Below are positions 24,106 to 38,041 of a stretch of DNA of 64,000 nucleotides, piece after piece. The translations under genes were made by a program, and so were the position numbers. How positions within the stretch are numbered: the stretch's first letter is position 1; the number at the start of each line of letters is the position of its first letter. The notes below the pieces were generated by a model, which had not been told where the DNA came from, ran no database searches, and saw nothing but the letters and a program-made list of their open reading frames with translations. Location: positions 45,694,001 through 45,758,000 of the forward strand of contig OX597822.1 in assembly GCA_951406725.2 (NCBI GenBank), written 5' to 3'. The DNA is from Octopus vulgaris. Its lineage: Eukaryota.

Positions 24106-24237
24106 ACAAGGCATCTTATTGAACTTAGGGCAAAAGTTATTTTTGGGATGAAAAAAAAAAGAGGAAAAATCTCAGTTATTTATTTTAAAACATGTAAAGA
24201 TAAAAAGCAGTAAATACTAAACTATTTTGAACTAGTA

Positions 24238-24276
<39 letters not shown>

Positions 24277-24654
24277 AATTAGCTAGTTAAATTTTCACAG
24301 GAGATTCAAAAGGTGTGGCTATCATTTCGTATGGGTGTATGTACGTATGTTTATGTTTTTTTTGCTTTGTTTGTTTCATCTATATGTATGTTTTTTGTTT
24401 ACGTCTAGTTAATCTATTCTCTGACTGCTGTGTTTGTTGGTTGCAAGTGCATGTGTTTTAGATATACAACCAACACCTATATAAATTACATATATTCTTT
24501 TCTACTCTAGGCACAAGGCCCAAAATATGGATCGGACGGACGAACAGATAGATATGTTTCTTTATTGGCTACACAGGGCTGAACACAGAGGAGACATGTA
24601 ATGATAGTTGCTCCTATGGAGGAGGTGAATGAGGACTCTACCTCCATGACCCTG

Positions 24655-24755
24655 CCAGAGATAGATAGATAGGTAGATAGACAGATAGACAGACAGACGG
24701 ACAGACGGATGGATGGATGGACAGATGGATGGACGGACGGATGGATACATATATG

Positions 24756-24805
<50 letters not shown>

Positions 24806-24809
24806 TAGA

Positions 24810-24874
<65 letters not shown>

Positions 24875-24908
24875 AAAATGGTGGATGGATATACAGATAG
24901 ATAGATAG

Positions 24909-24939
<31 letters not shown>

Positions 24940-25202
24940 CATATAGGTAGGTAGGTAGGTAGCTAAACAGATAGATAGAGAGGTGGGTAGGTAAGTAGGT
25001 AGGTAGGTAGGTAGGTAGATAGATAGATAGATAGATAGATATATAGATAGATAGATAGATAGATAGATATAGATAGATAGATAGATAGATAGACAGATAG
25101 GTAGATAGATAGAAAGATAGATGGATGGATGGACGGACAGATGGACAGACGAAGACACACACACACACACACAAACATACATACGCACACATACACACAA
25201 AC

Positions 25203-25260
<58 letters not shown>
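24655..25260. repeat. Compound microsatellite (GATA)n/(GGAT)n/(GA)n/(CA)n
   Basis: Directly visible. Confidence 0.95.
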
Positions 25261-25262
<2 letters not shown>

Positions 25263-25339
25263 CCAGACAGGCAGGTTGGTATGTAGGAATGTTGGTAGAT
25301 GCAGATAATGATATAGATATATTAATTTATCTGAATTCA

Positions 25340-25860
25340 GTATCCAGATGACATAACAGTTGACGGAGTTTCTAACATTGGAAAGCACCAGCATACAAAA
25401 TGTTGATGACTCTTTCCCAGATATCATTTCACTCTGCACACAAGAACCGGGGTCTGGTTCTTGTCAGAATGACATACAAGTGCCCATGCATAAACTAAAT
25501 CAGCTGGATAGAACAAAACTCTGTTATACAATGAGTGACATTGAGATTTACAGACTGCCATTATCAATTCGATGCTGTGGTCATGGAAAGCTGAATGGCA
25601 GGCTGGTATCAGAAGGTTTCGTCTTAATTCTTGGCATAATAACATGTTTCCCATTCTGTAACAAACATGGCCTTCAAGTAGGCATTCATGTAAATGGGTT
25701 ATTCAAATGCTTGCTCCAGTGCAAATATCGTTTGTCGTCTTTGCAATAACATTACAAAAAAAGCATTTCTTTTCCAAGGTCAGTGTAGGTTGTGTGTGAA
25801 CCACTTTACCAAAGCTGAAGATGTTTTGGAACCCATCAGATAACGGTACAGATTATTGTT
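25340..25860 (-). pseudogene. Decayed Helitron PIF1-like helicase C-terminal fragment
   Basis: Minus-strand peptides GKHVIMPRIKTKPSDTSLPFSF and HGHLYVILTRT resemble the Helitron motifs G..VLIPRI...PSD.PF.F and HGQLYVALSR; many stops. Confidence 0.6.
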
Positions 25861-26051
25861 CTAAGATAAAAGAACTATTATCAGGTTATTGTTCCAAGAT
25901 ATAGCTATGGCTTTAGAGTCTTACAGTTCTATATGTAAGAGATGAGGAATTATGTACATTATTTACATTATTTACATTTGACAGATATTTGTCCTCATCT
26001 TGTTTGTTATTAACACAACATTTCAGCTGGTAAATCCTCCAGCCTTCATCA

Positions 26052-26126
<75 letters not shown>

Positions 26127-26982
26127 GTATGTTTGTGTGTCTGTGTTCCCCCCACCCTAACATCGCTTGACAACCAATGCAGGTGTGCTTACGTCCCCAT
26201 AACCTAGCAGTTCGGCAAGAGAGACCGATAGAATAAGTATATCATTAGCATATTGCAATGGTTCTCAACCATTTTTTTTTGCCTATGGACCTTTCTGATT
26301 CCTATTTTACTAGATGGACCCTCCTAGCCATTAGATTTTTAAAAAAAGACATTTAATAGTATTAGGAATTATATAAAAATTGTTGAAGTATTTCACATGT
26401 TGTAGAAGTACAACCAATTTATAAGGATACGCATTATAAAAGAACAGAATGGACTAAGCAGAGCAGGAACACACATTTACTTCTGACATATGTTTCGAAG
26501 AAAACATTGGTATTATTCCTGAAGGAATAAAATGATGTAAAACAATGCTATCTTCTCATCGGGGGAAAAAAAACAAAACTAAACACATCTATAAGACATT
26601 TTAACAGAATGTGTTGACTGTGTGTATGATGAAGGGAACACCGGCAAATTATTTTTTGAAAAAAAAAAGGTTAATAGATATAACGTCAAAGGCAATTTAT
26701 AGAAAGAGAAGGATGAGGAAGAGAGAAATTAGCAGAAAACTAATAGTGGAAAAATATAAAGTGATAGGTGAAGAGGAATAAAGCTTAAAGGCTTGGAAAC
26801 AGATTGGAATAATACCAATCTATTTATTTATCTGTGTCATACAAAAACATTTCACTAAACCCTGGAATTTCTACTTTTATAAGTAAGCTGTAACGTCCTT
26901 AATACTTATGTGAATGTTAGCTACCCTGGTACCTATTTATTTTTTTCTGTGTTATTTGTACACAATGAAAAAATACACATAC

Positions 26983-27021
<39 letters not shown>

Positions 27022-27998
27022 AAAAAGGAGATGTGGAACACGAGTTGTGATATATAAAAAAGGAAATGAAGAAAATGCTGACAAAATAATTTAAGTAATT
27101 TAAGTAATTTAATTAGGTGAAAGTTCTTTTTACCGGTTGCGCATTTGTTATGCTTATCAAAAGATGTTTTTTTAAGAGAGATAGAGTTACTTTCTGATAG
27201 ATTTTTATCTGACTTTATGTTGGGTTTGCTGTCTCTTATATGTGAAAAAAGAGGCTCCAGAGTTATTTTAAGATTTGCTTGGTTTCGCGCCTAAAATTTC
27301 TTGTGGACAATGGTCAATACAATTTTGATTGGTCATTATGAAGGGGTCACGTGAATGTTTGAATGGAAGTTGGTGTTGGGGTAAGAAAAAAGGCTCCAGA
27401 GAAGTTAAAATTTGGCTAGTGTTGCGCCTAAAATTTCTTATTGGTCATAATAAAGAGGTCACGTGGATGTGGTCATAATAGAGAGGTCATGTGAATGTTT
27501 AGAATTTTCGAAAATAGCGTTGTTGAAAATTCTTATTGTTCAGGGTGGTCAGTAGACGTCATGTGGATATTTTAAATAGCTTTTTAGTGCTTAGTTAGGG
27601 AGTGTATTTTCCGCTTGACTGAATTTGAGCTGGATAAGTAAGTTCCTTTAGGACAGGAAGAGCTGTATGTATGTATGTGTGCGCGCGTGTGTGTGTGTGT
27701 GTGTGTGTGTTTATATGTATGTTGGGGCGCGCGCGCGCGTGTATATATGTGTGCGTGTGTGGGTACAATTTTCAATATTTATAGTTCTGCTGGCCTTGTG
27801 CCTGTATCGGGAAGCAACGTGTTTGTGTGAAGTCAATATTTACAGTCATTTCCAAAAAATAGTGTTGGATGTTTTGCACCCGTATCCAATTATGTGTATG
27901 TGTGGAACCATATATTTGCGTGTGTCATGGTGTTAATATCTGGGTAAAAGTGTGTGTAGGGTGTGTGCAGATGTAAGTGAGTTTGTTGTGGGTTCGTG

Positions 27999-28715
27999 TT
28001 AGGGGGATGTGTTTAGAAGTGATCTGTATTTATTAATAAGGTGGGATTCCATGGTTATTCGCTGGGTATGAGTGGCATTGTCTTTAAATTTGTAAAAGGG
28101 AAAGATTCTAAAATTGGGATGAAGTTGTGTGGCACAGGTATCAATATGTGCACTAAGTGCTATTTTTCTGTATTCCTGTATTTTTATTTGGGATCTGTGG
28201 ACAGTCATGCGTTGGCGGAGGCTATTTTTAGTTTGGCCTACGTAGTGTTCATTACAGCCCGAGCAAGTTAAGACATATACTAGGTTTTCTGATGCGCATG
28301 TGAAGTTGTGTTTTACTGTGAAACGTTGTCCTTGTTTAGAAAGGAATTCCGGACCTTCTATTAGGTTGATGCATATACCACAGTTGGGTCTATTGCATTT
28401 GTTTACTGTGGGTTTAGTTGTTGTGGTTGGCAGTACTTTGGCATTTGTTAGGATGGTTTTCAATGATTTGGGTTGCCTTTTGCTCTTTATGATTTCGTGT
28501 GTTAGGAGGATTTGGTTCATTCTATGGTCCTTTTTTAATACAGGAATGTTCTGGAGGATGGTGTCAAAAGCTTCATTGTTGAGGGGTTTGTGTGTAGAGA
28601 TGTATGGTAGAGTATGGGGTTTCGATGTAACAGGTTTAGGGCGTCTAAGTTCCTGTGTGCTGAGTTTTAGGGCGCGTTGGATGAATTTTGGGAATACCGA
28701 ATGACACATTAACAA
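27999..28715 (-). mobile_element. Penelope-like element fragment: open linker plus GIY-YIG endonuclease, RT missing
   Basis: 238-aa ORF with KCNRPNCGIC, FTCASENLVYVLTCSGCNEHYVGQT and LRQRMTVH. Confidence 0.88.
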
Positions 28716-29089
28716 GCAGGGATTACACCCATGTCACTAATTGACAATGGGATCTTTTCAGCACCCCCACATTCATACCCATATATGAGTGTGTGCATAT
28801 CTAAAAGTGTTTGTGTCTGTTTGTGCGTGTGTGTTTGTCTGTCTGTTTGTCTGTCTGTCTGGGAGATTGTGTGTATGTGTATCTGTGTGTATCTGTGCAT
28901 ATGTCTGTGTCTGTGTGCGAGACTCTGTGTGTCTGCACGTGTGACTCCATCTGTGTGTATGTATTCTGTTTATTACATGTATCACAGAATAAGCAGTGGT
29001 AGAACTGTAAAACTGAAGAGTGTTTCATGAGCTCACAAAAGTAGATTTGAGTCATTATTCCTGTTGTGGGGTTGCATGAAGACGTAAGC

Positions 29090-29287
29090 ATTACATCTAT
29101 CTCTATCATCACCATCAACCCCACCTCCCCACCCCCCACTCACGTCTTCCATTACCATCTCCACCAACATCATCATCATCATTGTCACCACAATCACTAA
29201 CACCCCATTACCATCACTACCATCACATCCGCCATCACCACCAACATCATCATCACCACCATCACTGTCGTCTTCATTATCATCACT

Positions 29288-29319
<32 letters not shown>

Positions 29320-29688
29320 TATTATCGTCACCATCACTACCTCCACCCCCATCAACACCACCACCATCATCATCACCATCATCACCATCGTCATCGTCAT
29401 CACCATCATCATCATCATCTCATTCACTGCCATCACCACGACCACCACCACCATCATCAACGTCATTGTCACCATCTCTATCATCAGCATCACCAACACC
29501 ACCACCACCACAACCATCATCACCATCATCATCACCACCACCACCATCATCATGACTACAGCACAAAATTAAATTATATTCTTAACTACTACAAATGTCT
29601 GACCTTGAAATAAAGCTGGGGGTGGATTCTCCCCACCTCCCCTTTCTATCTCTTTCTATCACTATTTCTCTCTTTCCCTCTTTCTCCC

Positions 29689-29721
<33 letters not shown>

Positions 29722-30110
29722 CTCTTCTTCTACTACTTCACACACACACACACTATATCACAGCCTTCCCTCGGCATCCCTTACACTTTCTCTCTCTCTC
29801 TCTCACTCACATCTCTCCTCCATCCACTTCTCTCCCATCTCTCTCCATCCCTCTCTCCACCTCCCCACCGCCCATCTCCCTTCTCCTTCTACCCCCCACC
29901 ACCCCAACCCTTCCACAAGCCCCCTATCTAATATCCCTCTCTCTCTTCTTTCAACAATCTCCTCTTCCTGCCCACCCCCAATACACCCCTTCCCTGCCAG
30001 TCCTCCTTTCCCCTTCTCATCACACCCTTCTCCACTGTTTAAATCCAATGTTAAACAATCCACCACCACCACCACCACCACCACCACAACAACAACAACA
30101 ACAACATGAT
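29090..30110. repeat. Low-complexity (CAC/CAT)n tract followed by a CT-rich tract
   Basis: Directly visible; source of the poly-His and poly-Pro ORFs. Confidence 0.9.
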
Positions 30111-30381
30111 GGCCATCACGCAAGTCTTACACAATTGACAAACTATTAGATTCACTCCTAAGGTCATTTCCTTTCACAGACAACCAACAGTAAACAACCT
30201 CACTCTGGCTGAGCGCTCCACAGACACGTGTACCCTTAATGTAGTCCTGAGGGAGATTCAACATGACACAAAATGCAACATGGCTGGCCTTTTGAAATAC
30301 AGGTACAACTCAATTTTGCCAGCCGAGTGGACTGGAGCAGCGTGAAATAAGGTCTCTTATTTTTGAGTGATTGAAGGTGTT

Positions 30382-30790
30382 GGCACAGGAGTGGCTATGT
30401 GGTAAGTAGCTTGCTTACGAACCGCATGGTTCTGGGTTCAGTCCCACTGCATGGCACTTTGGGCAAGTGTCTTCTTCTATAGCCTTGGGCTGACCAAAGC
30501 CTTGTGAGTGAATTTGGTAGATGGAAACTGAAAGAAGCCCATCGCATATATGTATATGTATATATATATATATATGTGTGTGTGTTTGTGTGTCTGTGTT
30601 TGTCCCCCCAACACCGCTTGACAACCGATGCTGGTGTGTTTACGTCCCTGTAACTTAGTAGTTCGGCAAAAGGGACCGATAGAATAAGTACTAGGCTTAC
30701 AAAGAATAAGTCTTGGGGGTCGATTTGCTCGACTAAAGATGGTGCTCCAGTATGGCCACAGTCACGCGACTGAAACAAGTAAAAGAGTAT
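30382..30790 (+). mobile_element. SINE family B, near full length
   Basis: GGCACAGGAGTGGCTATGTGGTAAG head through GACTGAAACAAGTAAAAGA tail. Confidence 0.8.
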
Positions 30791-31315
30791 ACTTTTGTCT
30801 TGGCATAAAAGATGGTCTACAGCAAATATTCTGTTCTGTACTGGAGATTTGCTTGTTTGTTGCTTGACCTTAACCAGTTGAACCTTAATGGCTGATGGTA
30901 TGTGCATCTCTGATCATGAGCAGATGCAGTGCAGGAACACCACAGCTATCTGTTATGAGGGTGTGTATGAGATTTGAATAATTAACATCTGGAAGCATTG
31001 GTGTTTCGTTCATCATCCTTAAACAACTGTTTTCCAAGAAGAAGAAGAAGAAGAAGAAGAAGAAGAAGAAGAAGGGTTTCAAATTTAGCCACAAGGGCAG
31101 CAATTTTGGGGGAGGGGATGGGGTGATTATATCAACCCCAGTGTTCAACTAGTACTTATTTTATCAACTCCTAAAAGATGAAAGGTAAAGTCAACCTCAG
31201 AGGAATTTGAACTCAGAATGTAGTGAAATACTACTAAATACTACTAAGCATTTCATCTAACATGCTAATGATTCTGCCTGCTTGCCACCTTATATAATAA
31301 TAACAATAATAATAA

Positions 31316-31821
31316 AAAGAAGTGGAGAAATTATCAAAGTACAAAGACTTTGAAATTGAAGTATTCAAAATGTGGAGCATGAAGATAAAAACAATATCAA
31401 TAATAATTGGAGCATTGGTCATGATAAAAAAAAAAATGTAGAAGCTATACCTGGATCCTCAACACTACACACTGTCCAAAAAGTAGCCCTGCTAGGAGCA
31501 TCCCACATTTTACACAAGACACTATCAATCCAATAATACAACCTAAACAAAACAACCCACAAATACAAGACACACTCTGTACAGCAATTACCCAGTGAAA
31601 TAAACTTCCACCAGTAAGCTAGAAAACCAAAGCATTACACACTCAACACACAATGCAAGCAGTAACACAACAAAAGAGAGAAAAAAAAAGCTAACACAAT
31701 ACAGTACCAGGAAGAGTTTGCACACTCTCAACAGTAAAAAAGAACACACAATGCTGCACACACAGAGATGTAGCAGGTGATGCAGTAGAAATTTGCTTCA
31801 ATCTACCAAATATTGACCAGT

Positions 31822-31883
<62 letters not shown>
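31316..31883 (+). mobile_element. 5'-truncated R4/Dong-like non-LTR element (restriction-like endonuclease C-terminus plus 3' UTR) embedded in (TAA)n
   Basis: EKLSKYKDFEIEVFKMW...IIIGAL...VQKVALLGASHILHKTL*; flanked by TAA repeats at ~31295-31315 and 31826-31883. Confidence 0.75.
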
Positions 31884-31887
<4 letters not shown>

Positions 31888-33954
31888 TCTACTATGTACA
31901 AGGCCTGAAATTTGTGGGAGGGAATAGTCAATTATGTCGACCCCAGTACACAACTGGTATTTAGTTTATTGACCCCTAAAAAGATGAAAGGCAAAGTCAA
32001 CCTCAAAGGCCTCTTGATCTATCTTATTATCTTTTACTTGTTTCATTCATAGACTGTGGCCATGCTGGGGCACCATCTTGAAAGGTTTAGCAGGACAAGT
32101 CGACCCCAGTATTTATTTTTGTTTTTTTATATTTTCGTATGTTGGATGTATAATATAACAAAGTAGGAGGAAGAGGTATTTACTCGAATGCAATACGATT
32201 ACTATTATACAAGACTCAATGCTCTTAATCACAGCTCACAGTGAACTGCTTACCAATCCAAACTGCCAATTGCTCACAGTTCTTTACTTTATAATAATGA
32301 GACAGTCCACCTTTTAGTCACTTGAGGGGTGGCCGGAATCCTACCACAACAGTTTTAAATTGGGTACATATTCTATAAGTCCTTTTTGCCAAACCGTCAT
32401 GTTACAGGGGTCATAAACAAACCAACACCAGTTGTCAAGTGGTGAGAGAACAAACACAAACACACAGACACACACTCACAAGCATGCATACATACATACA
32501 TATACGATGGGCTTCCACATAGTTTCTACCAACCAAATTCACTCACAAGACATTGGTCAGATGTGGCCATAGCACCACACAATAGAACTGAACCAGAAAC
32601 AATGTGATAATGACCAAGCTTCTTATCCACACAGCCATGCCTGCATCTACAAAACATATGGAAAGCATTTTGAGTTTTTGTTCCCACATCTGGAATTTCT
32701 TACAACATGTTAACACTAACTTAACAGAAGAAACTTGAGAGGAAAACACATTCAACCTTGAAGCATTTTTTCTCACTGTGTCTTTTCTCTATCTTGTTTA
32801 CTTTCATAAAAACTGTAGAACCTGATTGTCTTCTTCAGTAAACCTATCTGGCAGATGAAGGATTCCCTATTGTCTAGTTTTATACCTAAACTAGTATACA
32901 ATATCATATATTTATTTAGAGATTCTCCTATCGTTACTACAGTGAGTGTGTTGAAGTTTGTGTTTTGCAGATATGGTCATAATAAGACTAAAATATGTCC
33001 CAAATTGTCTCCCTTACTGACTGAAGTAATGAAAACATTACAAGTCATTAATATAGCTTTTTCCCTCAACTCATAATTATTTCTACATAGTTTTTAAAGG
33101 TTTCTACATTAAATATGTGAGGAGCACATCACCCATCTGTCTGTCTATCTGTGTGTGTGTGTATCTGCCTTTGTTTCTATATATCTTTTATCTAACAATC
33201 TGTGCTTCTCACTGCATGATTGACTGATCTTCTGTATTTTCTTTTACCCAAAGTCAGGAACTTTTCAGCACCCACTCATATATGTATGTATGTATGTATG
33301 TATGTATACAGGGGCCCACTTGCCATCAGGCAAGCTGGCAACCTGGCCAGTCTGCCACTGGGCACACTACCTGTCTAATTTAAACCCTTGACTAATCAAT
33401 CTGTATAGAAAGGAATTAAAACCAGTCTAGCTTCTACTGGAGCAATTACATACACGTGTTTCATAAACAATCAGATTTACATTGTAAGGAGGAAGCACTG
33501 TGGGAAATGTACTTAACCGGGAATCACAGATAAAACAGAAAAACAGTTAAACTGAGTTCAGCTTGTTTATAGCTGCCTTTCAACAGTATCCTCCATGTTC
33601 CATTCTATAGACAGATAAAAAGCAGGTTATGAATGCAAAATTTATGAGAAATAGTTCAAATAGCACATATGAGGTTTCATTCATTTACATATCAGTATAT
33701 TTTGTGGATGAGTCCTAATTACCTAAATTAGCTTATCTTGGTTATGTAATTAATCATTGTCATGATTATAATTATTTTAACACCCGCTTTTTTCCATGTT
33801 TGCATCAGTTCACAGAATTTGTTGAGGAAGATTTTCAACAGCTGGATACCCTTCTTGATGCCAACCCTTATCTGTTTCCAAATAAGGTCATATTATGGGG
33901 AAATAACATGTCTGGTTATTTCCCCCATAACCAGACATGTTGTGGAAGACTGGA

Positions 33955-34856
33955 AATAATTGGAAGATATCACCAATCTGTGAAGAAATTTGTTACAGCT
34001 CCTATTAAGAAACATAAGAGAGCTGGCAAAGGTCAGTCGAGCTGAGAAGGGCTGTTTCCCAATGTTCTCTGTCACAAATTAAGCATGAAGCTGTGAAGAA
34101 CCAGGCCTTACAAAGTGGAGAACTTTTCAAGCACATTGGCAAAATTACTCTTTCCAGAACTACTCAATGTTGTCTTTTGAAAAAGGTTGGTAAACCAGTG
34201 GCATCAGTTAAAAGGCCTCCTTTAAATAAAATACACATACAAAATTGTCTGAAATGGGCAGAAGATAACATGGAGGTCAACTTTTCGAAATTTTTGTTTA
34301 CAAACGAAACTTATGGTACCCTTGATGGATCTGATGGTTGGAGCAAGGGATGGGTTGTAAATGGATGAGATTATCATCAATGCCTGAGGCACCAAAAGTG
34401 GGAGGAAGCATTATGATCCGGGTAGGTATTATTGGAGGTCTTATAGTTGGTACTTGGAAAGTGCCTGATGGTGTTTCTGAGGGAGCAGCTTGAACCTTGG
34501 TTAAAAAAGCAACGGATCACCTTCAAGACAACCATAATACTTATGCAAGATAATGCACCCTAGCACTCAGCAAAGAAAACTACAGAATATCTGCAACAAT
34601 TAGGCTTCTGTGGACCACAGAAGACAAAGTGGCCTGTCTGTTCCCTTGACTTAAATCCAAAAGAAAATTTGTGGAGTATTCTATGTTGTGAAGTTTACAA
34701 GAATGGACACCAATTTAGGAACAAGAATGAAATGTGGCAGGCAATAGTAGATGTATCTCGTGGCATAACATCAGAAGAGATCCAGAAACTGGCATGTTCC
34801 ATGGACCAGCGCTTTTTCCAACTTATTTCAAACAAAGGTTTATATATCCCTTAATA
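33955..34856 (+). pseudogene. Decayed Tc1/mariner-superfamily (Tc1-like) transposase
   Basis: KRPPLNKIHIQNCLKWA, FLFTNET..TLDGSDGW, MQDNAP*HSAK, WPVCSLDLNPKENLWSIL; stops and frameshifts. Confidence 0.85.
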
Positions 34857-35193
34857 ACCAGTTCACCTATCATTTTTGAATGCTGTTTATTTGTCTATTT
34901 CTATTTATCTCATGACTGGATGTATCTATTTTGGTATTTACATCAAACAATTAAATTGGTAGTTTCATGTTTACATGAGTTTTAATTACACCTCGTTAAT
35001 AATTTGATACAGTGAAAGTTTACATAAAATTGGTAAATGGCTATAGTTTGTGATGTTTTACAGAACCTGAAATTTTTTTACACGCTTCATGCATGTAACT
35101 GTTGCCACTATTCTGTGAAAATTTCGTTAAATTCCAATGAGTAGTTTTTAAATAAAATTAGAAAATGCCGTGTTGTTAAGAATTTGAAGCAAA

Positions 35194-35238
<45 letters not shown>

Positions 35239-35495
35239 CATACATATATGTGTGTGTGTGTGTGTGCATGCATGTGTTTTTATATTTGTTTCAGTCATTT
35301 GACTGTGGCCATGCTGGAGCATCGCCTTTAGTCGAACAAAGTGACCCCAGGACTTATTCTTTGAAAGCCTAGTACTTATTCTATTGGCCTATTTTGCCGA
35401 ACCGCTAAGTTACGGGGACATAAACACACCAACAACAGTTGTCAAGCGATGGTGGTGGGGAGACAAACACAAACACACAAACATATGCATGCATA

Positions 35496-35539
<44 letters not shown>

Positions 35540-36008
35540 CACTATTTGAGCGTGATCGTTACCAGCGTTGCCTTACTGGCACTTGTGCTGGTGGCATGTG
35601 AAAAAAACATTTGAGCGAGGTCATTGCCAGTGCCGCTTGACGGGCTATTGTGCAGGTAGCACATAAAAAACACCATTTCAGTGTGGTTGTTGCCAGTACC
35701 GTGCAGGTAGCACGTAAAAACATTCAAGCCAGGTCATTGCCAGTGCCACTTGACTGGCTATTGTGCAGGTAGCACATAAAAAACACCATTTCAGTGTGGC
35801 TGTTGCCAGTACCATGCAGGTGGCACATAAAAGCACCCACTACACTCTCAGAGTGGTTGGCATTAGGAAGGGCATTCAGCTGTAGAAACTCTGCCAGATC
35901 AGACTGGAGCCTGGTGCAGCCATCTGGTTTGCCAGTCTTCAGTCAAATTGTCCAACCCATGCTAGTATGGAAAGCGAACGTTAAACAATGATGATGATGA
36001 TGATGATA
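35540..36008 (+). mobile_element. RTE 3'-tail element with ~50-bp tandem units, inserted into a family B SINE
   Basis: Repeated TGCCAGT...GTGCAGGTAGCAC.TAAAAA units, then GAGTGGTTGGCATTAGGAAGGGCAT...(GAT)n; SINE halves at 35280-35490 and 36015-36178. Confidence 0.75.
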
Positions 36009-36375
36009 CATATATCCAGGCTTCTTTCAGTTTCCGTCAACCAAATCCACTCAAAAGGCTTTAGTCAGACTGAGGCTATTGTAGAAGACACTTGCCCAAG
36101 GTGCCACGCAGTGGGACTGAACCTGGAACTATGTGGTTGGGAAGCAACCTACATACCACACAGCCACTCCTGCACCTATGCGTGTATGATGATTATATAC
36201 ATATCATATCATCATTTAACATTCGTTTTCCATGCTGGCATGGGTTGGATGGTTCAGCAAGAGCTGGTAAGTAGGAGAGCTACACCAGGCTCTAGTTGGC
36301 TGCTTTTCATGTAATACCAGCACAGGTGCTTTTCCATATGGCACCACCACACGTGCTTTTTATGTATATGCATTC

Positions 36376-36413
<38 letters not shown>

Positions 36414-36979
36414 CAACAGTTATATGTTAAGGTGTGTTAAAAATTTGAGGTTTTACTCAAGTGTTAAAAACTGTGGCCATGTGTGTGTGTGTGTAGTATG
36501 TATGTATATATGTATGCATGTATATATGTGTATACCACTAGCATAGCCAGGTGGGGTGGTAGGGGTGGGACTTTTAATGGGGTACCACTTTTGAGCCTGC
36601 TGTAGGCAATACATGTTTTCTGTGGGGTCCAGGGGTGACAAACAGAAGTGCCACCCCAGGTGGCACACACTCCAGCTACACTAGTGTGTATACCTGTGTG
36701 CAAGTATGTGTATGTATATTTCATGTAAATACAGTAAGGCAGTGCTGAAACTGGGGGTCCACGGCCTCCCCACCCAGGGGACTGCGAAGCGATTTTAGGG
36801 GGACTGTGAAGGGACACTGAAGTATCATTAAAATGGGGTGGCTTGGGACAGTTAAGTTTTTAAATTTCAAGACTTCTAATTTTTTGCATGCTATCATTCT
36901 TTTTATGTCATTCGCTTTTATGTTATTGCCCTCAAAAACACATACCACTCCATTTGCTAATCACACTTGTGCTACAAGG

Positions 36980-37395
36980 TGCAGGAGTGGCTGTGGTTTG
37001 TAGCTTGTTGTGCGGTAAGTAGTTTGCTTGCCAACCACATGGTTCCGGGTTCATTCTCACTGCGTGACACCTTGGGCAAGTGTCTTCTACTATAGCCTCG
37101 GGCTGACAAAAGCTTTGTGAGTGGATTTGGTAGAGAGAAACTGAAAAAAACCCGTCGTATATATGTGTATATATGTGTGTGTGTGTGTGTTTGTATGTCT
37201 GTGTTTGTCCCCCTAACACTGCTTGACAACCGATGGTGGTGTGTTTATGCCTCCGTAACTTAGCAGTTCGGCAAAAGAGATTGATAGAATAAGTACTAGG
37301 CTTACAAAGAATAGGTCCTTTTGGGGTCAATTTGCTCGACTAAAGGCGGTGCTCCAGCATAGCCGCAGTAAAATGACTGAAACAAGTAAAAGAGA
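36980..37395 (+). mobile_element. SINE family B, near full length
   Basis: Head GCAGGAGTGGCTGTG; tail AATGACTGAAACAAGTAAAAGA. Confidence 0.8.
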
Positions 37396-37876
37396 CTAAA
37401 AACAAGTGTGATTGGCTGATAGAAAATATGTGGGCATAATGGTTGGTTGTGCATGTGCGGTTGGTATTTTTCATTTCCCATTTATTTTGTAACTAATTGA
37501 TCAACTGATTTCCTCTATTTTTATGTGCTTTTATTATATCCAAATAGAGCATTGCCTGAGTTGAGTTGTGGTTTGGGAGTTACGGGTCTTTGGGCAATGT
37601 GGAAATTATGGTGCATGAATATATGTCATTTTTTTTCCATGTTGATTATCCTGAATTTTATAGGGGATTGTGAATCATCAAATAACCTGCATGTAAAATT
37701 CTTAGAAAAAGTTCACAACACATTACTTTAAGATAAGACATCTTATCCAGAGTATAAAAACTTTTGCACGAAAGTCCTTATTAACCTTAAATGTACTTAT
37801 ATGAATGTACTTATATAAGGTATCAGTAGTTGAATGGTTTAATTAGCAAACATAAAGGCAGAAAATATATAAAATG

Positions 37877-37952
37877 GGAGGAGGAGGAGGAGGAGGAGGA
37901 GGAGGAAGAGGAGGAGGAGGAGGAGGAGGAGGAGGAAGAGGAAGAGGAGGAT

Positions 37953-37987
<35 letters not shown>

Positions 37988-37991
37988 AGAG

Positions 37992-38041
<50 letters not shown>

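Noticed and set aside
21449-24107. Repetitive ORFs (SPSPTLQ..., CRIVYL...)
   Set aside because: Translations of the 28-bp and 16-bp minisatellites; the unit lengths are not multiples of three.
25360-25749. 129-aa plus-strand ORF
   Set aside because: Better explained as the antisense shadow of the decayed Helitron helicase on the minus strand.
29182-30149. Poly-His and Pro/Ser-rich ORFs
   Set aside because: Degenerate trinucleotide and CT microsatellites with no unique coding context or evident splice signals.
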